Source: Minisyncoccota bacterium (lineage in GTDB: Bacteria > Patescibacteriota > Minisyncoccia > Phycocordibacterales > UBA918). From it: a DNA stretch of 64,000 bases. Within the stretch, counting starts at the first letter, position 1; every line of letters begins with the position of its first letter. The notes beneath the pieces are model-generated. The model did no database searches. It saw nothing but the letters and a program-made list of their open reading frames with translations, and was not told the DNA's origin. Where the stretch lies: NCBI GenBank assembly GCA_041688155.1, contig JBDNIW010000014.1:9517-73516 (forward strand), written 5' to 3'. The translations under genes were made by a program, and so were the position numbers. Shown here in pieces: positions 29,121-39,798 of this stretch.

Positions 29121-30902
29121 ATGCCACAAGAAATCCGTAACATCGCTATCATCGCCCACGTTGACCACGGGAAAACTACCCTAACCGACGGTTTGATGGA
29201 ATTTACCGGTGACCGCATCGGTGACGCGTCCATGGACAACAACGCCATCGAGCAAGAGCGCGGAATCACTATCTACGCCAAAAACACCTCAGTGACGTAC
29301 AAGGACACCAAAATCAACATCGTAGACACCCCTGGTCACGCCGATTTTGGATCAGAGGTAGAACGAGTATTGCGGTCAATCGACAGTGTGTTGCTTGTCG
29401 TAGACGCGCAGGAAGGTCCGATGCCGCAAACCCGGTTTGTGCTCAAAAAGTCATTAGAACTGGGCCTCAAGCCAATTGTGATCATCAATAAGATCGATAA
29501 ACCAGCGGCTGACCCAGACAAGTGCGAAGAGCAGGTACTGGAGCTGTTTCTTGAACTCGGTGCGGACGACGAGCAATCTGACTTTCAAGTGGTCTACGCC
29601 GTAGGGCGGGACGGTAAAGCCAAACGAAAGCTCGAAGACCCCATGGTCGACCTCGCGCCGGTGCTGGACTGTATCCTCGAAACCGTCCCTGCGGCCAAAG
29701 GGTACGTACCAGGTGATGCTTTGCGCGCCCAGGTGTTTAACCTCGGGTACGACAACTTTCTGGGTCGATTAGCGGTAGCGCGTATTTACGAAGGTACGGT
29801 CAAAAAAGGCCAGTCATTATTTATCAAAATGGAGGGAAGCGATGTGGTCAAAAAAGGCAAGGTTGTCAAAATGTCTGGCTATAAGGGCGTCACCCAAGTC
29901 GAGCTTGATGAAGCGTTTGCTGGTGACATTGTCCTGATTGCTGGCCTTGAAGACATCAACATTGGTGAGACTTTGACCGACACTGAATCAATCGAGCCAC
30001 TCGCCGCTATCCACGTCGATGAACCAACTATCGGGATGCAGTTTTTGGTGAATTCATCACCATTTGCCGGCCGCGAAGGAAAATACGTTACCTCACGCCA
30101 GATCGCCGCCCGACTCGAAAAAGAACTTGAGATCAACGTTGGACTGCAGGTTGATTTTGAAGGGGACATCATGGAAGTGTACGGACGCGGAGAAATGCAC
30201 ATCGCGGTCCTGCTGGAGAACATGCGCCGTGAAGGGTACGAGTTGTCTGTGTCCCAGCCGCAGGTAATTATCAAAGACATCGATGGTGTGAAAAGTGAAC
30301 CGTTTGAAGAGGTGACTATCGACGTTCCAGGTGAGTTCCAAGGACCAGTCATCGAACGACTCTCAAATCGCGGTTTCATTATGCAAAACATGATCACCCA
30401 CGGCGAACAGGTCCGCCTACTATTTGAAGGGCCAACGCGAGGACTGCTCGGATACAAAAACCAGTTTGTGGTCGACACCAAGGGCGAAGGCATCCTCGCC
30501 TCCCAAGTCATCGGTTTCCGACCGTACGCCGGTGAGATCAAGAAACGAAAAGCCGGGTCGATGGTGTCGATGGTGTCAGGCAAGGCGCTTGGCTTCTCAA
30601 TTGCGAACCTCCAGACTCGCGGCGAAATGTATATCGGCCCAGCCACTGAGGTGTACGAAGGAATGGTTATCGGCAACACCAGCAAGGGTGAAGAAATGAT
30701 GGTCAACCCAACCAAAGGCAAGCAGCTGACTAACATGCGCTCATCTGGTACCGACGAAGCCATCAACCTGATCAACCCCAAAATCGTCACCATCGAAACC
30801 GGATTAGAAATCATGTCCGAAGACGAATACCTAGAAGTCTGCCCAGTATCAGTCCGATTACGTAAAAAGTATCTGAAAGAGTCAGATCGAAAAAAGCAAT
30901 AG
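29121..30902 (+). CDS. typA: translational GTPase TypA/BipA
   Basis: 'IAIIAHVDHGKTTL' G1, 'DTPGHADF' G3, 'NKIDK' G4; 593 aa EF-G-like architecture. Confidence 0.95.
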   Translation: MPQEIRNIAIIAHVDHGKTTLTDGLMEFTGDRIGDASMDNNAIEQERGITIYAKNTSVTYKDTKINIVDTPGHADFGSEVERVLRSIDSVLLVVDAQEGPMPQTRFVLKKSLELGLKPIVIINKIDKPAADPDKCEEQVLELFLELGADDEQSDFQVVYAVGRDGKAKRKLEDPMVDLAPVLDCILETVPAAKGYVPGDALRAQVFNLGYDNFLGRLAVARIYEGTVKKGQSLFIKMEGSDVVKKGKVVKMSGYKGVTQVELDEAFAGDIVLIAGLEDINIGETLTDTESIEPLAAIHVDEPTIGMQFLVNSSPFAGREGKYVTSRQIAARLEKELEINVGLQVDFEGDIMEVYGRGEMHIAVLLENMRREGYELSVSQPQVIIKDIDGVKSEPFEEVTIDVPGEFQGPVIERLSNRGFIMQNMITHGEQVRLLFEGPTRGLLGYKNQFVVDTKGEGILASQVIGFRPYAGEIKKRKAGSMVSMVSGKALGFSIANLQTRGEMYIGPATEVYEGMVIGNTSKGEEMMVNPTKGKQLTNMRSSGTDEAINLINPKIVTIETGLEIMSEDEYLEVCPVSVRLRKKYLKESDRKKQ

Positions 30903-30924
30903 TTACATTAGTTGCAAGTCAAAA

Positions 30925-30950
30925 TAAAAGCCCCTAGGGGCTTTTATTTG
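30925..30950 (+). terminator. rho-independent terminator after typA
   Basis: aaagcccct/aggggcttt palindrome followed by tatttg. Confidence 0.75.
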
Positions 30951-30966
30951 TGGTACTATTTTAGAA

Positions 30967-31476
30967 ATGAAGAATATAAAAAAGGTAAATATTGCTTACA
31001 TAGATGCGGCAAACCTACACAAGGTGGCCCAGTCACTTGAGTGGGAGCTCGATTACGCTCGATTTAGGGTCTGGCTGAAAGACAAATATAATGTTGATAA
31101 AGCCTATATTTTTATTGGGTTGATTCCTCGATACACTGCGCTTTATACGTATCTTTCAGAATCCGGTTTTACACTTGTATACAAAGAAGTGGTGTATCAA
31201 AATGGCAGTGGCACGCCTAAAGGTAATTGCAACACAGATCTGATAATGAAGGCAATGGAAGATTTCTATGAAGGTAGGTTGAATCGGGCCGTGCTCGTTT
31301 CAAGTGATGGAGATTATGCTCCTCTAGTAAAGAAATTACAAGAAGCAGACGCATTTGAAGTGATTGTTTCTCCTGCGCTAACCGAAAAATGCTCGATTCT
31401 CTTAAAGAAACTCAACTCTAAAATCGCGTACCTTCATGACCAGAAAACAGTTCTACAGAAGAAAATTAGAAACTAA
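30967..31476 (+). CDS. NYN-domain (LabA-like, PIN-like) protein
   Basis: 'IAYIDAANL...LVSSDGDYAPLV' NYN nuclease-fold signature. Confidence 0.7.
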   Translation: MKNIKKVNIAYIDAANLHKVAQSLEWELDYARFRVWLKDKYNVDKAYIFIGLIPRYTALYTYLSESGFTLVYKEVVYQNGSGTPKGNCNTDLIMKAMEDFYEGRLNRAVLVSSDGDYAPLVKKLQEADAFEVIVSPALTEKCSILLKKLNSKIAYLHDQKTVLQKKIRN

Positions 31477-31607
31477 AAAGAAAAAACCCCCAAAAGAGAC
31501 GGAACTCTAGCAGGGTTTCTTTCGTGGTGATTACTTTTTATATTACACTTTTTGCACGTAAAAGCAACTATTGTATGGAAAACTTGATCATTTGCTATAC
31601 TCCATGT

Positions 31608-32339
31608 ATGAACTGGATATTTTATATTGTAGGAGCAGTACTGTTGGTTGTGGTTGTAGTTATGACTGCCAATGGCTGGTGGCGGTACGTTTTGACTGGG
31701 TATTTGATTGTGCGGGTGACGCCGTACGAGCAGCCGGGTACGGGGGCGGGGAGTATTTTATTTATTGGTGACAGTACTGGGTATGGAACTGGCGCTAGTC
31801 GAGCGAATGAGAGCATCGCCGGCCAGCTTGGGGCCGAGTATCCAGCGTACTTGATCAAGAATGATTCGGTAAACGGACGGACCATCGCTGGCGCGCTCGA
31901 GGCGGCTCAAAACCTCTTTGAGTCAAGCTGGTATGACCTGGTGGTATTGCAGATTGGGGCTAACGACCTGATTAGTGGTCGGTCGGCATCGGACATCGTG
32001 TCTGGTATACAGGAGTTGATTGCCGCCATCGAGCCGCACGCTGGTCATATTATTATTATCGCCTCGGGCAACGTGGGAGCGACGCCAGTGTTTACCGGTA
32101 CAGAGGCAGAAGAGTTGACCGATACGTCACGGCAGTTTGATCAACAGATGACAGCGCTGGCCCAGGGGTCTCAAACTGTATCGTTTATCTCATTGTTTGA
32201 CGAGCCGGAGGATGATCCGTTTGCGTACACCGATGGTGTCTACACTGCGATTGACGGACTACATCCAACCAGTGCTGGGTACAAAGTGTGGTATGACAAA
32301 GCCAAACCAGCCTTTGCGGCAGCGTTAAAGCAACAGTAG
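31608..32339 (+). CDS. SGNH/GDSL-family hydrolase with N-terminal TM anchor
   Basis: 'ILFIGDSTGYGTG' (GDS block I), 'GANDL' (block III), 'DGLHP' (block V). Start could also be ATG at 31575. Confidence 0.7.
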   Translation: MNWIFYIVGAVLLVVVVVMTANGWWRYVLTGYLIVRVTPYEQPGTGAGSILFIGDSTGYGTGASRANESIAGQLGAEYPAYLIKNDSVNGRTIAGALEAAQNLFESSWYDLVVLQIGANDLISGRSASDIVSGIQELIAAIEPHAGHIIIIASGNVGATPVFTGTEAEELTDTSRQFDQQMTALAQGSQTVSFISLFDEPEDDPFAYTDGVYTAIDGLHPTSAGYKVWYDKAKPAFAAALKQQ

Positions 32340-32357
32340 TCTGCTACAATTACCAGT

Positions 32358-32546
32358 ATGAAAACAATTACTTGTATTGATTGCGAGCAACGGTTTGGTG
32401 GTGAGACAGCTGAAGCCATCATGGAAGATATGATGATGCACTACCTCAACGACCACGGCGACATCATGGATGCCCGGACTGAGGAGCTCAGAGATGGTTG
32501 GTTCATCGAATTCAACCAACGCTTTGATCTAGCTTCAGAAGAATAG
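32358..32546 (+). CDS. small hypothetical protein (62 aa)
   Basis: short ORF between SGNH hydrolase and convergent gene. Confidence 0.3.
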   Translation: MKTITCIDCEQRFGGETAEAIMEDMMMHYLNDHGDIMDARTEELRDGWFIEFNQRFDLASEE

Positions 32547-32588
32547 AAAAACAGCGGACCTATTTGGTCCGCCGTTGTTGTGTGTCTG

Positions 32589-32981
32589 TTACCTTGCTCT
32601 GACTGGTATTTCCATTAGTTGTGCCATTTGTTGCAACAAATGGCTGAGTTGAAGGGCCTTTTTCCGGTCTTTCTGAGCTTTCACTAGACAGTCTGCCAAT
32701 AGAGCTTGAGCCCGGAGGGCTTGCTCGAGCACCTCTGCTCCCAGTCCAGCGTCAGAGGCTCGTGAGACCAATGCACTGAGCATATGTTTAGTGTCACCTT
32801 GCCACCAGGCCGCCTGACAATCAAAATGCGCACGACCAAACCAGTTGCCTCGAGCTTGTTGTCCGGTATGGTAGTTGTGATACAACTCACCGCGGTCGAT
32901 AGTACCACCACAGTTAGAACAAGTGTACCTTTTGCGAGCTTTCACTTCGCGTCCGTCACCGTCACTTCGATATTGAGCCAT
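32589..32981 (-). CDS. hypothetical Cys/His-containing protein
   Basis: 'CSNCGG...HFDC' possible zinc-ribbon. Confidence 0.4.
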   Translation of the reverse strand: MAQYRSDGDGREVKARKRYTCSNCGGTIDRGELYHNYHTGQQARGNWFGRAHFDCQAAWWQGDTKHMLSALVSRASDAGLGAEVLEQALRAQALLADCLVKAQKDRKKALQLSHLLQQMAQLMEIPVRAR

Positions 32982-33211
32982 ATTGTTTCCTTTGTGCTAT
33001 GCAACCAATACAATGCAATATTGTGAGAATTATGCAAGTTTTGAGTTTGTTATACCGAGCTAGGCCTTCCACCACGGAAAGAAATCACTGATTTTGTACC
33101 TATTGATCCACCGCAAAACCCTGAATATTGGAAGACATCTGCAGCCAATCAGCAGAAGTCGCAGCCTAATAGTGCGGATGCCTCCTGTTACTCTCCTTGA
33201 TTAACAAAACT

Positions 33212-33236
33212 AAAGCGCCCCTAGTGGGGCGCTTTT
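33212..33236 (-). terminator. rho-independent terminator-like hairpin downstream of pseudouridine synthase gene
   Basis: aaagcgcccc-tagt-ggggcgcttt perfect stem with T-run. Confidence 0.7.
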
Positions 33237-33252
33237 CTATCCAGGTAGGTTC

Positions 33253-33972
33253 TTATTTTATACTGAGCGCTTTCAGGAACACCTGTAGCTCACCTTCGTC
33301 TAGCTTGCGGTACTGGTTGGGTTTTAGTTTGCCTAGTTCGATGTTCATCACGCGGATGCGTTTGAGGGACTGGATTTGGTACCCGAGCGCTGCACACATG
33401 CGTCTGATTTGGTGTTTCTTTCCTTCGGTTATGACTAAACTGAAGCGTTTGTCATTCTTTGGGTTGGCTGTAATGGTGGCTGGCTTGGTGCGGTACCCTT
33501 CGATATCAACACCGGCTTCCATCGCTCGCCTAAACATACTAGAAATTGGTTTGTCTACCAGGACGTCGTACTCTTTCTCTTTTTCGCTTTCTGGATCAAG
33601 CATGGGGCCAGTAATGCGGCCGTCGTTGCTGAGGATCATAAGGCCTTCGGAGTCTTTGTCCAGGCGACCAATCGGGTTGACGTGGGTCAAACCATAGTCC
33701 TTGGCGAGTCTGGTGGCGATGTCGATCTCACCCGCAGCTGGTGAGTGCGTGATGACACCACGGCCTTTGTAGTAGGCGTAGTAGGACTTTGATTTGGTTT
33801 TACCCAGCACGCTGACTTTGTCGCCGTCGTTCACTGGTTGACCCATGATTGCCTTGGCGCCATTAATCTGCACCTTGCCGTTGGTAATCAGCTCATCTGC
33901 TTCGCGGCGCGAAGCGACCCCGGTGTGGGCGAGGTATTTGTTTAGTCGGATAGGGAATTCCATAGATAGCAA
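33253..33972 (-). CDS. rRNA pseudouridine synthase, RsuA/RluB family (S4 domain plus catalytic domain)
   Basis: N-terminal S4 'RLNKYLAHTGVASRREADELI'; catalytic 'VNPIGRLDKDSEGLMILSNDG'. Confidence 0.85.
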   Translation of the reverse strand: MLSMEFPIRLNKYLAHTGVASRREADELITNGKVQINGAKAIMGQPVNDGDKVSVLGKTKSKSYYAYYKGRGVITHSPAAGEIDIATRLAKDYGLTHVNPIGRLDKDSEGLMILSNDGRITGPMLDPESEKEKEYDVLVDKPISSMFRRAMEAGVDIEGYRTKPATITANPKNDKRFSLVITEGKKHQIRRMCAALGYQIQSLKRIRVMNIELGKLKPNQYRKLDEGELQVFLKALSIK

Positions 33973-34002
33973 CTATGCCATAAAAACCCTTAAACTGCAA
34001 TG

Positions 34003-34476
34003 TTAGCTGGCCTGCAGGATGGCGGTCTCTAGCTCATTGAGTTGGTTCTCGTGCACAGTCGTGCGGCGCTCACCGACCCAGTAGGGGATTTTGGTAAATG
34101 ATGCGGTTAGGTCGCTGGTGAGTGGTCCGCTGAGGGTGGCAATAATCAGCAAAGTAAACGAAGCTTGCTCGTCAGCGTCGATGGTGTACCGCTCGCCAAC
34201 AACTGGCTGGTTGCTCAGGAGAACAGCGTTGGTGACCATCACGTCCGCTCCAGTCAAAGCGTATCCCAGCACATCCACCCGGTCAAAATACCCAACTGTG
34301 CTACTAGCCATAATCGGCAGCTGGTAGTCATCACCGGCGGCGGTGAACCCAAAATTAAGGGTAAATAAAACCGTCGTGTCGTTGAGTTGTATGGCAGTTG
34401 CAGCGTCAACCTGGTTCGGCGTAAGCCAAACCGCAGTGATAACTAACAAGGCCACTAGAATCGTTGGTGTTTTCAT
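34003..34476 (-). CDS. hypothetical secreted protein
   Basis: signal peptide 'MKTPTILVALLVITAVW'; divergent from sigma gene. Confidence 0.5.
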   Translation of the reverse strand: MKTPTILVALLVITAVWLTPNQVDAATAIQLNDTTVLFTLNFGFTAAGDDYQLPIMASSTVGYFDRVDVLGYALTGADVMVTNAVLLSNQPVVGERYTIDADEQASFTLLIIATLSGPLTSDLTASFTKIPYWVGERRTTVHENQLNELETAILQAS

Positions 34477-34496
34477 GTCACTATTGTACAAGTAAC

Positions 34497-35072
34497 ATGA
34501 CAGACGAACAAGTGACAGACGAAGTGGTCGTAAAACAAGCCCTGCAAGACAAGGAGCAGTTTGGCGTACTCATGGATCGCTACGAAGCCAAACTCCGTCG
34601 CTACATCGCGCGGCTTGGCGTCCGCAACCCTGACGACCAACTCGACGTGCTGCAGGACATCTTTATCAAGGTGTACCGCAACCTCAATGGGTTTGATCCC
34701 AAACTTAAGTTCTCCTCGTGGATCTACCGCATCGCCCACAACGAAGCCATTAGTGCGTACCGTAAGAAAAACGTCCGCCCCGAGGGGCACTTGGTCGCTG
34801 ATAGTGAAGAAATATTATCGTTTGTGTCGGGATCACTCGAGACAGCCGACGCTGCGTTTGATAAAACCATCAATGCCGACGAGGTTAATGCTGCACTACT
34901 CAAGTTAGATCCTAAATACCGCCAGGTGTTATTGCTGCAGTTTTTTGAACACAAAGAGTACGACGAGATATCAGATATTCTCCAAATCCCCATCGGCTCG
35001 GTCGGCACCCTGATTCATCGCGGCAAAAAACAGTTGGCCACTGTCATAAACGCTGACCATGTACGTATATAG
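34497..35072 (+). CDS. ECF-subfamily RNA polymerase sigma-70 factor
   Basis: region 2 'DIFIKVYRNL...FSSWIYRIAHNEAISAYRKK'; region 4 'YRQVLLLQFFEHKEYDEISDILQIPIGSVGTLIHRGKKQL'. Confidence 0.85.
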   Translation: MTDEQVTDEVVVKQALQDKEQFGVLMDRYEAKLRRYIARLGVRNPDDQLDVLQDIFIKVYRNLNGFDPKLKFSSWIYRIAHNEAISAYRKKNVRPEGHLVADSEEILSFVSGSLETADAAFDKTINADEVNAALLKLDPKYRQVLLLQFFEHKEYDEISDILQIPIGSVGTLIHRGKKQLATVINADHVRI

Positions 35073-35074
35073 TT

Positions 35075-36022
35075 ATGAAACTAGACATGCAACCAACTCC
35101 GCCACAACCACCAGCATCAACCTCAATCAGAGATCGAGTATTTTGTGCGATTGCTGACCAAAAAGTCGAACCCCGACCTGGTTACGTATTTTGGTGTCAA
35201 AACAGCGCTATGTGGCTGATATGGCTACTGACCGTACTATTGGGAGCATTGGCGACCGCGGTGTTGCTGTTCACCTCGACCTACCGCTACTACGATATAT
35301 ATGAAGCAATGCACGATAATTTTGTGACGTTTTTCTTGCAAGCACTGCCGCTTTTGTGGATTGTAGCGTTTGTGGTACTGATGCTGGTAGCGATGCGTGG
35401 CCTGCGGGCTACCCGGCGGGGCTACCGTCTGTCACCAGTACTGGTTGGTGGGTCGAGTGTGGGTGTGAGTGTGTTGCTTGGGCTACTTGCGAGCACGCTG
35501 GGGTTTGGGTTCGTGGTTGACCGGGCGCTCGGAGAACATGCTCCGATGTACCGCTCACTAGCGGAGCAAGAGCAGCAAATGTGGCAACAACCTGACCAAG
35601 GGCGGCTGGTTGGACAAGCAGCCAGGGTCGAGACCCGTGAACAAATGACCGTCCAGTTTGTTGACAGTGCCGGTGTCGCTTGGAATCTAGACATTCAAGA
35701 GCTACGCCCCCAAGATCACCTGCTCCTGGAGTCAGCCCAGCGGGTGCGAGTATTAGGAATGCGGCTAGAGGGGGAAGCGCCCCGCTTCCACGCCTGTGGC
35801 GTATTCCCCTGGATGGCAGACCAAAACCGTCCGCGGAAAGTGCTCAGTGCCGGTCGCCAGGAATCCGTGGATAAAATGTACGCTCATTCCTACACCCCAG
35901 CCGATCGCCTCGCCGAGTTTGAACAACTAGCTTTTGCTGATGCCCGAGCCGATACTGTCCCCAGTATGAAAATCTGCGCGTCCATTGCAGCAGTGAAGCG
36001 CATAACCGAGCAGATGCAGTAG
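35075..36022 (+). CDS. membrane protein, putative cognate anti-sigma factor
   Basis: starts 3 nt after sigma gene; cytoplasmic N-terminal segment then several TM helices and a soluble C-terminal domain. Confidence 0.5.
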   Translation: MKLDMQPTPPQPPASTSIRDRVFCAIADQKVEPRPGYVFWCQNSAMWLIWLLTVLLGALATAVLLFTSTYRYYDIYEAMHDNFVTFFLQALPLLWIVAFVVLMLVAMRGLRATRRGYRLSPVLVGGSSVGVSVLLGLLASTLGFGFVVDRALGEHAPMYRSLAEQEQQMWQQPDQGRLVGQAARVETREQMTVQFVDSAGVAWNLDIQELRPQDHLLLESAQRVRVLGMRLEGEAPRFHACGVFPWMADQNRPRKVLSAGRQESVDKMYAHSYTPADRLAEFEQLAFADARADTVPSMKICASIAAVKRITEQMQ

Positions 36023-36045
36023 CACAAACCCCATGAACCAAGGAA

Positions 36046-36067
36046 CTTAAGTCATCGATGACTTAAG
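36046..36067. repeat. 22-bp perfect palindrome CTTAAGTCATCGATGACTTAAG (REP-like, solo copy)
   Basis: identical to copies at 55406-55427 and 56103-56124 that flank the RAYT gene. Confidence 0.9.
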
Positions 36068-36070
36068 TAA

Positions 36071-36867
36071 ATGGTTTGCCTCGGTGTGGTTGGTGCCTTG
36101 GCGGTCGCCATCTCAGTGTTTTTGGTGACTCATCGTCAATATGAGATATATGAAGCCACCCACGAAAATTGGTTTACCTTTATGGTCGAGGTGCTGCCGT
36201 TCATCTGGGTGATTGTCTTTGGCTTAATGGCATTTTTGGCCGTGTACAACATAAAACACACGAAAAGAGGCTATCGCTACTCGATTACAACCGTTTTGGC
36301 CAGTAGTATCGTCTTGAGCTTTGCTGGAGGCTCAGCGCTGCAGTTTTTTGGCCTAGGATACTCAATTGATGAGATTATAGGGGACTAGATGCCGATGTAT
36401 ATGTCACAGGAGAAAATTGAGTATCAATTATGGCAGCAACCTGCCGAAGGAAGACTGATTGATAGGCAGGTAGTAATGACCGTCGCTACGTCCAGTGTGG
36501 TGGTGTTTCAAGATACTACGGGCATAGGTGGAGAATTGAGATACAAGAGCTGTTACCCGCCGATATACAGCTACTAGCCCCGGGCGAGAATGTACGACTA
36601 CTGGGTCAGAACATGAATGAGCAGGCCAAGGTATTTCACGCTTGTGGGGTATTTCCCTGGATGATGCATCGTGAAGTGACTATGCAGCAGATGAGCGAGC
36701 AGCGCGAACCATTCCTCGGCCGGGTGAGAGAAATGGCGCAGTGGACCGAGGGTTCCATTGCTGATTTAGAGAAAGACTTGTTTGCCGACGCTACGGGGAT
36801 TGACGAAAAAACCATGCCCGTATGTGCCAATATCGCCGCCATGCGGCGGGTAAACCAACGCCAGTAG
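36071..36867 (+). pseudogene. disrupted tandem paralog of the putative anti-sigma gene, split into three ORFs
   Basis: ORFs 36071-36388, 36389-36577 and 36613-36867 align in order to N-terminal, middle and C-terminal parts of the 35075 product (e.g. 'HACGVFPWM', 'YEIYEATHENWFTF' vs 'YDIYEAMHDNFVTF'). Confidence 0.7.
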
Positions 36868-37042
36868 ATTTTATAGAAGTCTCACCAGAGTGTATCAAGG
36901 TCATGTAGCATCTAAATGTTGTGGCAGGACTTGCAAAGCGGGAAATGTGGAGTATGGTTAGCGTATCAGGGCAACTATTTGCTTCCTGGACAAAGTGGAG
37001 GTAGAACAACTACTACTCTTATACGTATAAATACCCTTATTT

Positions 37043-39643
37043 ATGAATGTACTCAGCCTTACCCAACGAAGAATTTCAGCAAAAATGTTTGCCGGAATAA
37101 TAATGGTGTCCCTATTACTCAGCGCTTTTCCAGCGGCTTTTTTTGTAGCGAATGCGGCTGGGCTCTATAGCTTAGCGAGTGCGCAAGCAACAATGACCAC
37201 TGAGTTCGTCTCAGGTGTCATTGACGCCTCTGGACATAACAATTTGATGCTTTCTTTTAATTACGAAGCTGAATTACTTGATGACCGTGATTCGTTTGAA
37301 TATGGTTGGCGTGCTGGTGCAGGTGACAATGATTTTGCTCCAGCGATACTTGGTGCTGATGAGGGTGGTCCATCCGGAGACGAGACTGGTTTTATATCTG
37401 TACCACTTCCGGCCGGAGCACAGGTAGCAAACCTGGAAGTCTATGTTAGAGCAAGTGTTGACGCTGCAACGGACGTAGTAAATCTTACAAATATTTCAGT
37501 GTCTGGCGATGCTGTAGCTCCAGCAACGGTAAATATCACAAACATCACTGAACTACGTGATGCAATTGAAAACCAAGCTGATGGGCAGACGTGGACTATC
37601 CAAGCTGGAGATTACGGACTAGATCAATCAAGCGCAATCGTTGCCAGTGGCCAAACTGGTTGGTATTTCCCAATCGTAGCTGATGATGTGACTATCAATG
37701 GTGTTGGTAACCCAACTGTTTTTGGAGCAACATATTCAGCAAATGGAGCATTTGCTACGCAAAACCTCATTTCTGTATTTGGCGATAACGTTACAATTAC
37801 CGGTCTGACACTGATGCCAAAAGTAGAGCCGAACAAAACAATAGAAGTCATCGGTGAAGACTTCACTCTTGAAGATGTGGTATTTGCTCCCAACACGAAA
37901 GTGCCTGAATCACTCTATGACAGTATTGCAGACGTGACTGATTGGGAAGACTCGAAACAATGGGGTGGATCGCTCTATTTTAGTCATGAAGGTAACCACG
38001 TTATTAAAAACGTGACTATCAACAATGGTGGTGTCTCATTCCGATACTCTCCATCAGGAACTGATATTACCTTCGACAACGTAGAGATTGTGAACGAAAC
38101 AAACGTTGACTGGATTAACGGCTACCGTTTCAGTTCAGCTTTTAACAATAGCAGTAACTCAACAACTGGTTTACCTCAAGTGACGTATCGTATTAATGAC
38201 ACGCTTGATAATGCAGTTTCAGTGTTTGAGAACGCTCAAGACGGAGATACTGTAGAGTTTGATTCAGATATCACCACCACTCAAGAGTTGGTTGTTGAAA
38301 CAGCTGTGACTATCAATGGTAACGGGTTCACTATCACCCCAGACTTTACTTTAAATGGTGGAAATAACTCAGTATTAGAGATCTTCGATATTGACAGTGT
38401 TGAGGTCAACGACCTAGTTATCGACAGCGGACTTGGAAATACTAAGAATCTGCACGGTATCAACATCTATGAGTCTGATGACGTGACCCTGAACTCAGTT
38501 ATTAGTAAAAACAATGGCAAATCAGGAGTTGTTGTAAATGGCTCAGGAGTCACTGTAGATGATATTACGACTAGTGGAAATGGATGGCACGGAATCAATG
38601 TAGATCAGGGAGGGAATGTGACACAGCAGGCAAAGCTCACGATTAAGGAGACAAGTAGTCATGATGAGTCATGGCATATCTACCTAGATAATGTAAATAA
38701 TGATGTACAAGTAGTTGATGTCGACGGACAGTATGATTATGAAGTGTTTGCTAACCCTAATGACGTGAAGAACGAAGTGGCAAATCCTCGCACCTCTGGC
38801 CTTTACACTCTGAAATCAGCGCAAACTCCAGCAGCACCTACAAGTGATAATCCTAAAGTCGTTGTGACTGACTTGAGTCCCATAACGGTTAATGCTGGCA
38901 GTGTAGCAGGTGCTTCTATTGACTATAGTTCACTCCTTACCGACGACAACAGCACTAAAACTACCGGCACACTCCCCGCAACGACCATCAACTCCGATGT
39001 AGCTAATGTGACGATTCTTGCCGATACGATCGTAACGGGTCCTACAGGATGGGATGGCGTCATTGATTTGCCTAGCGCCGGCTTAAGTGGAGGAACGGCA
39101 CCTTCCGGATTCACTGTCGGTGGTACGGTAATTGAAGTCGGTTCGCCAAGTATTACTCTCAACTTCAACAAAGCAGTAAAAATAACACTACTTGGAGTAA
39201 CAGGTGATGTTGGATACAAGCCCGCAGGTTCAGATACGTGGCAAACGATAGATACGCAGTGCACGAGCGCAACGGATTCTAGCAATATCAGTTCAGGCGA
39301 ATGTTACTTCACAAGTGGTAACAATACAGTCATTTGGACTTACCACTTCACCTCATTTGGTGGACTGAATCCTGTGCTCACGTCGAGTGGAGGTGGTAGT
39401 GGTGGTTCCTCAAGTGGTACTCGAATACGAGACAGAGTTGAACCAACTCCCTTAGTACTCGGAGTCACAGATTCTTTGTTACCAACTGATGAGGAGCTCA
39501 CAGGTGTTCTCACTAGTGTCAGTGGGATATTGGCTGGTATCCAGTCGGGTTATGAAGCTGGAGACATCTCAGATGAAGATGCTACAAAGCTTGTTGCCCA
39601 ACTGAGTGAAATTCTCACAATTCTATTGGGACTGTACCAATAA
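37043..39643 (+). CDS. large secreted right-handed parallel beta-helix repeat protein
   Basis: signal peptide; repeated 'NGxGVTVDDITTSGNGWHGINV' PbH1-like units; Gly/Ser-rich C-terminal linker. Confidence 0.6.
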   Translation: MNVLSLTQRRISAKMFAGIIMVSLLLSAFPAAFFVANAAGLYSLASAQATMTTEFVSGVIDASGHNNLMLSFNYEAELLDDRDSFEYGWRAGAGDNDFAPAILGADEGGPSGDETGFISVPLPAGAQVANLEVYVRASVDAATDVVNLTNISVSGDAVAPATVNITNITELRDAIENQADGQTWTIQAGDYGLDQSSAIVASGQTGWYFPIVADDVTINGVGNPTVFGATYSANGAFATQNLISVFGDNVTITGLTLMPKVEPNKTIEVIGEDFTLEDVVFAPNTKVPESLYDSIADVTDWEDSKQWGGSLYFSHEGNHVIKNVTINNGGVSFRYSPSGTDITFDNVEIVNETNVDWINGYRFSSAFNNSSNSTTGLPQVTYRINDTLDNAVSVFENAQDGDTVEFDSDITTTQELVVETAVTINGNGFTITPDFTLNGGNNSVLEIFDIDSVEVNDLVIDSGLGNTKNLHGINIYESDDVTLNSVISKNNGKSGVVVNGSGVTVDDITTSGNGWHGINVDQGGNVTQQAKLTIKETSSHDESWHIYLDNVNNDVQVVDVDGQYDYEVFANPNDVKNEVANPRTSGLYTLKSAQTPAAPTSDNPKVVVTDLSPITVNAGSVAGASIDYSSLLTDDNSTKTTGTLPATTINSDVANVTILADTIVTGPTGWDGVIDLPSAGLSGGTAPSGFTVGGTVIEVGSPSITLNFNKAVKITLLGVTGDVGYKPAGSDTWQTIDTQCTSATDSSNISSGECYFTSGNNTVIWTYHFTSFGGLNPVLTSSGGGSGGSSSGTRIRDRVEPTPLVLGVTDSLLPTDEELTGVLTSVSGILAGIQSGYEAGDISDEDATKLVAQLSEILTILLGLYQ

Positions 39644-39671
39644 ACAAAATAACAGTTTTGTGTACTTAAAA

Positions 39672-39697
39672 ATCCGCCTCTCTTGCGGGTTTTTTTG
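39672..39697 (+). terminator. probable rho-independent terminator
   Basis: short GC stem (ccgc...gcgg) followed by T7 run. Confidence 0.5.
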
Positions 39698-39798
39698 TTT
39701 TTGTAATTACTATATTTTTAACTACAAAATAAATAACACTCAGGAGGGTCTTTTGTTTTGGGTTTGTCGAAAAAAATCTAGTATACTACTAACTATAT

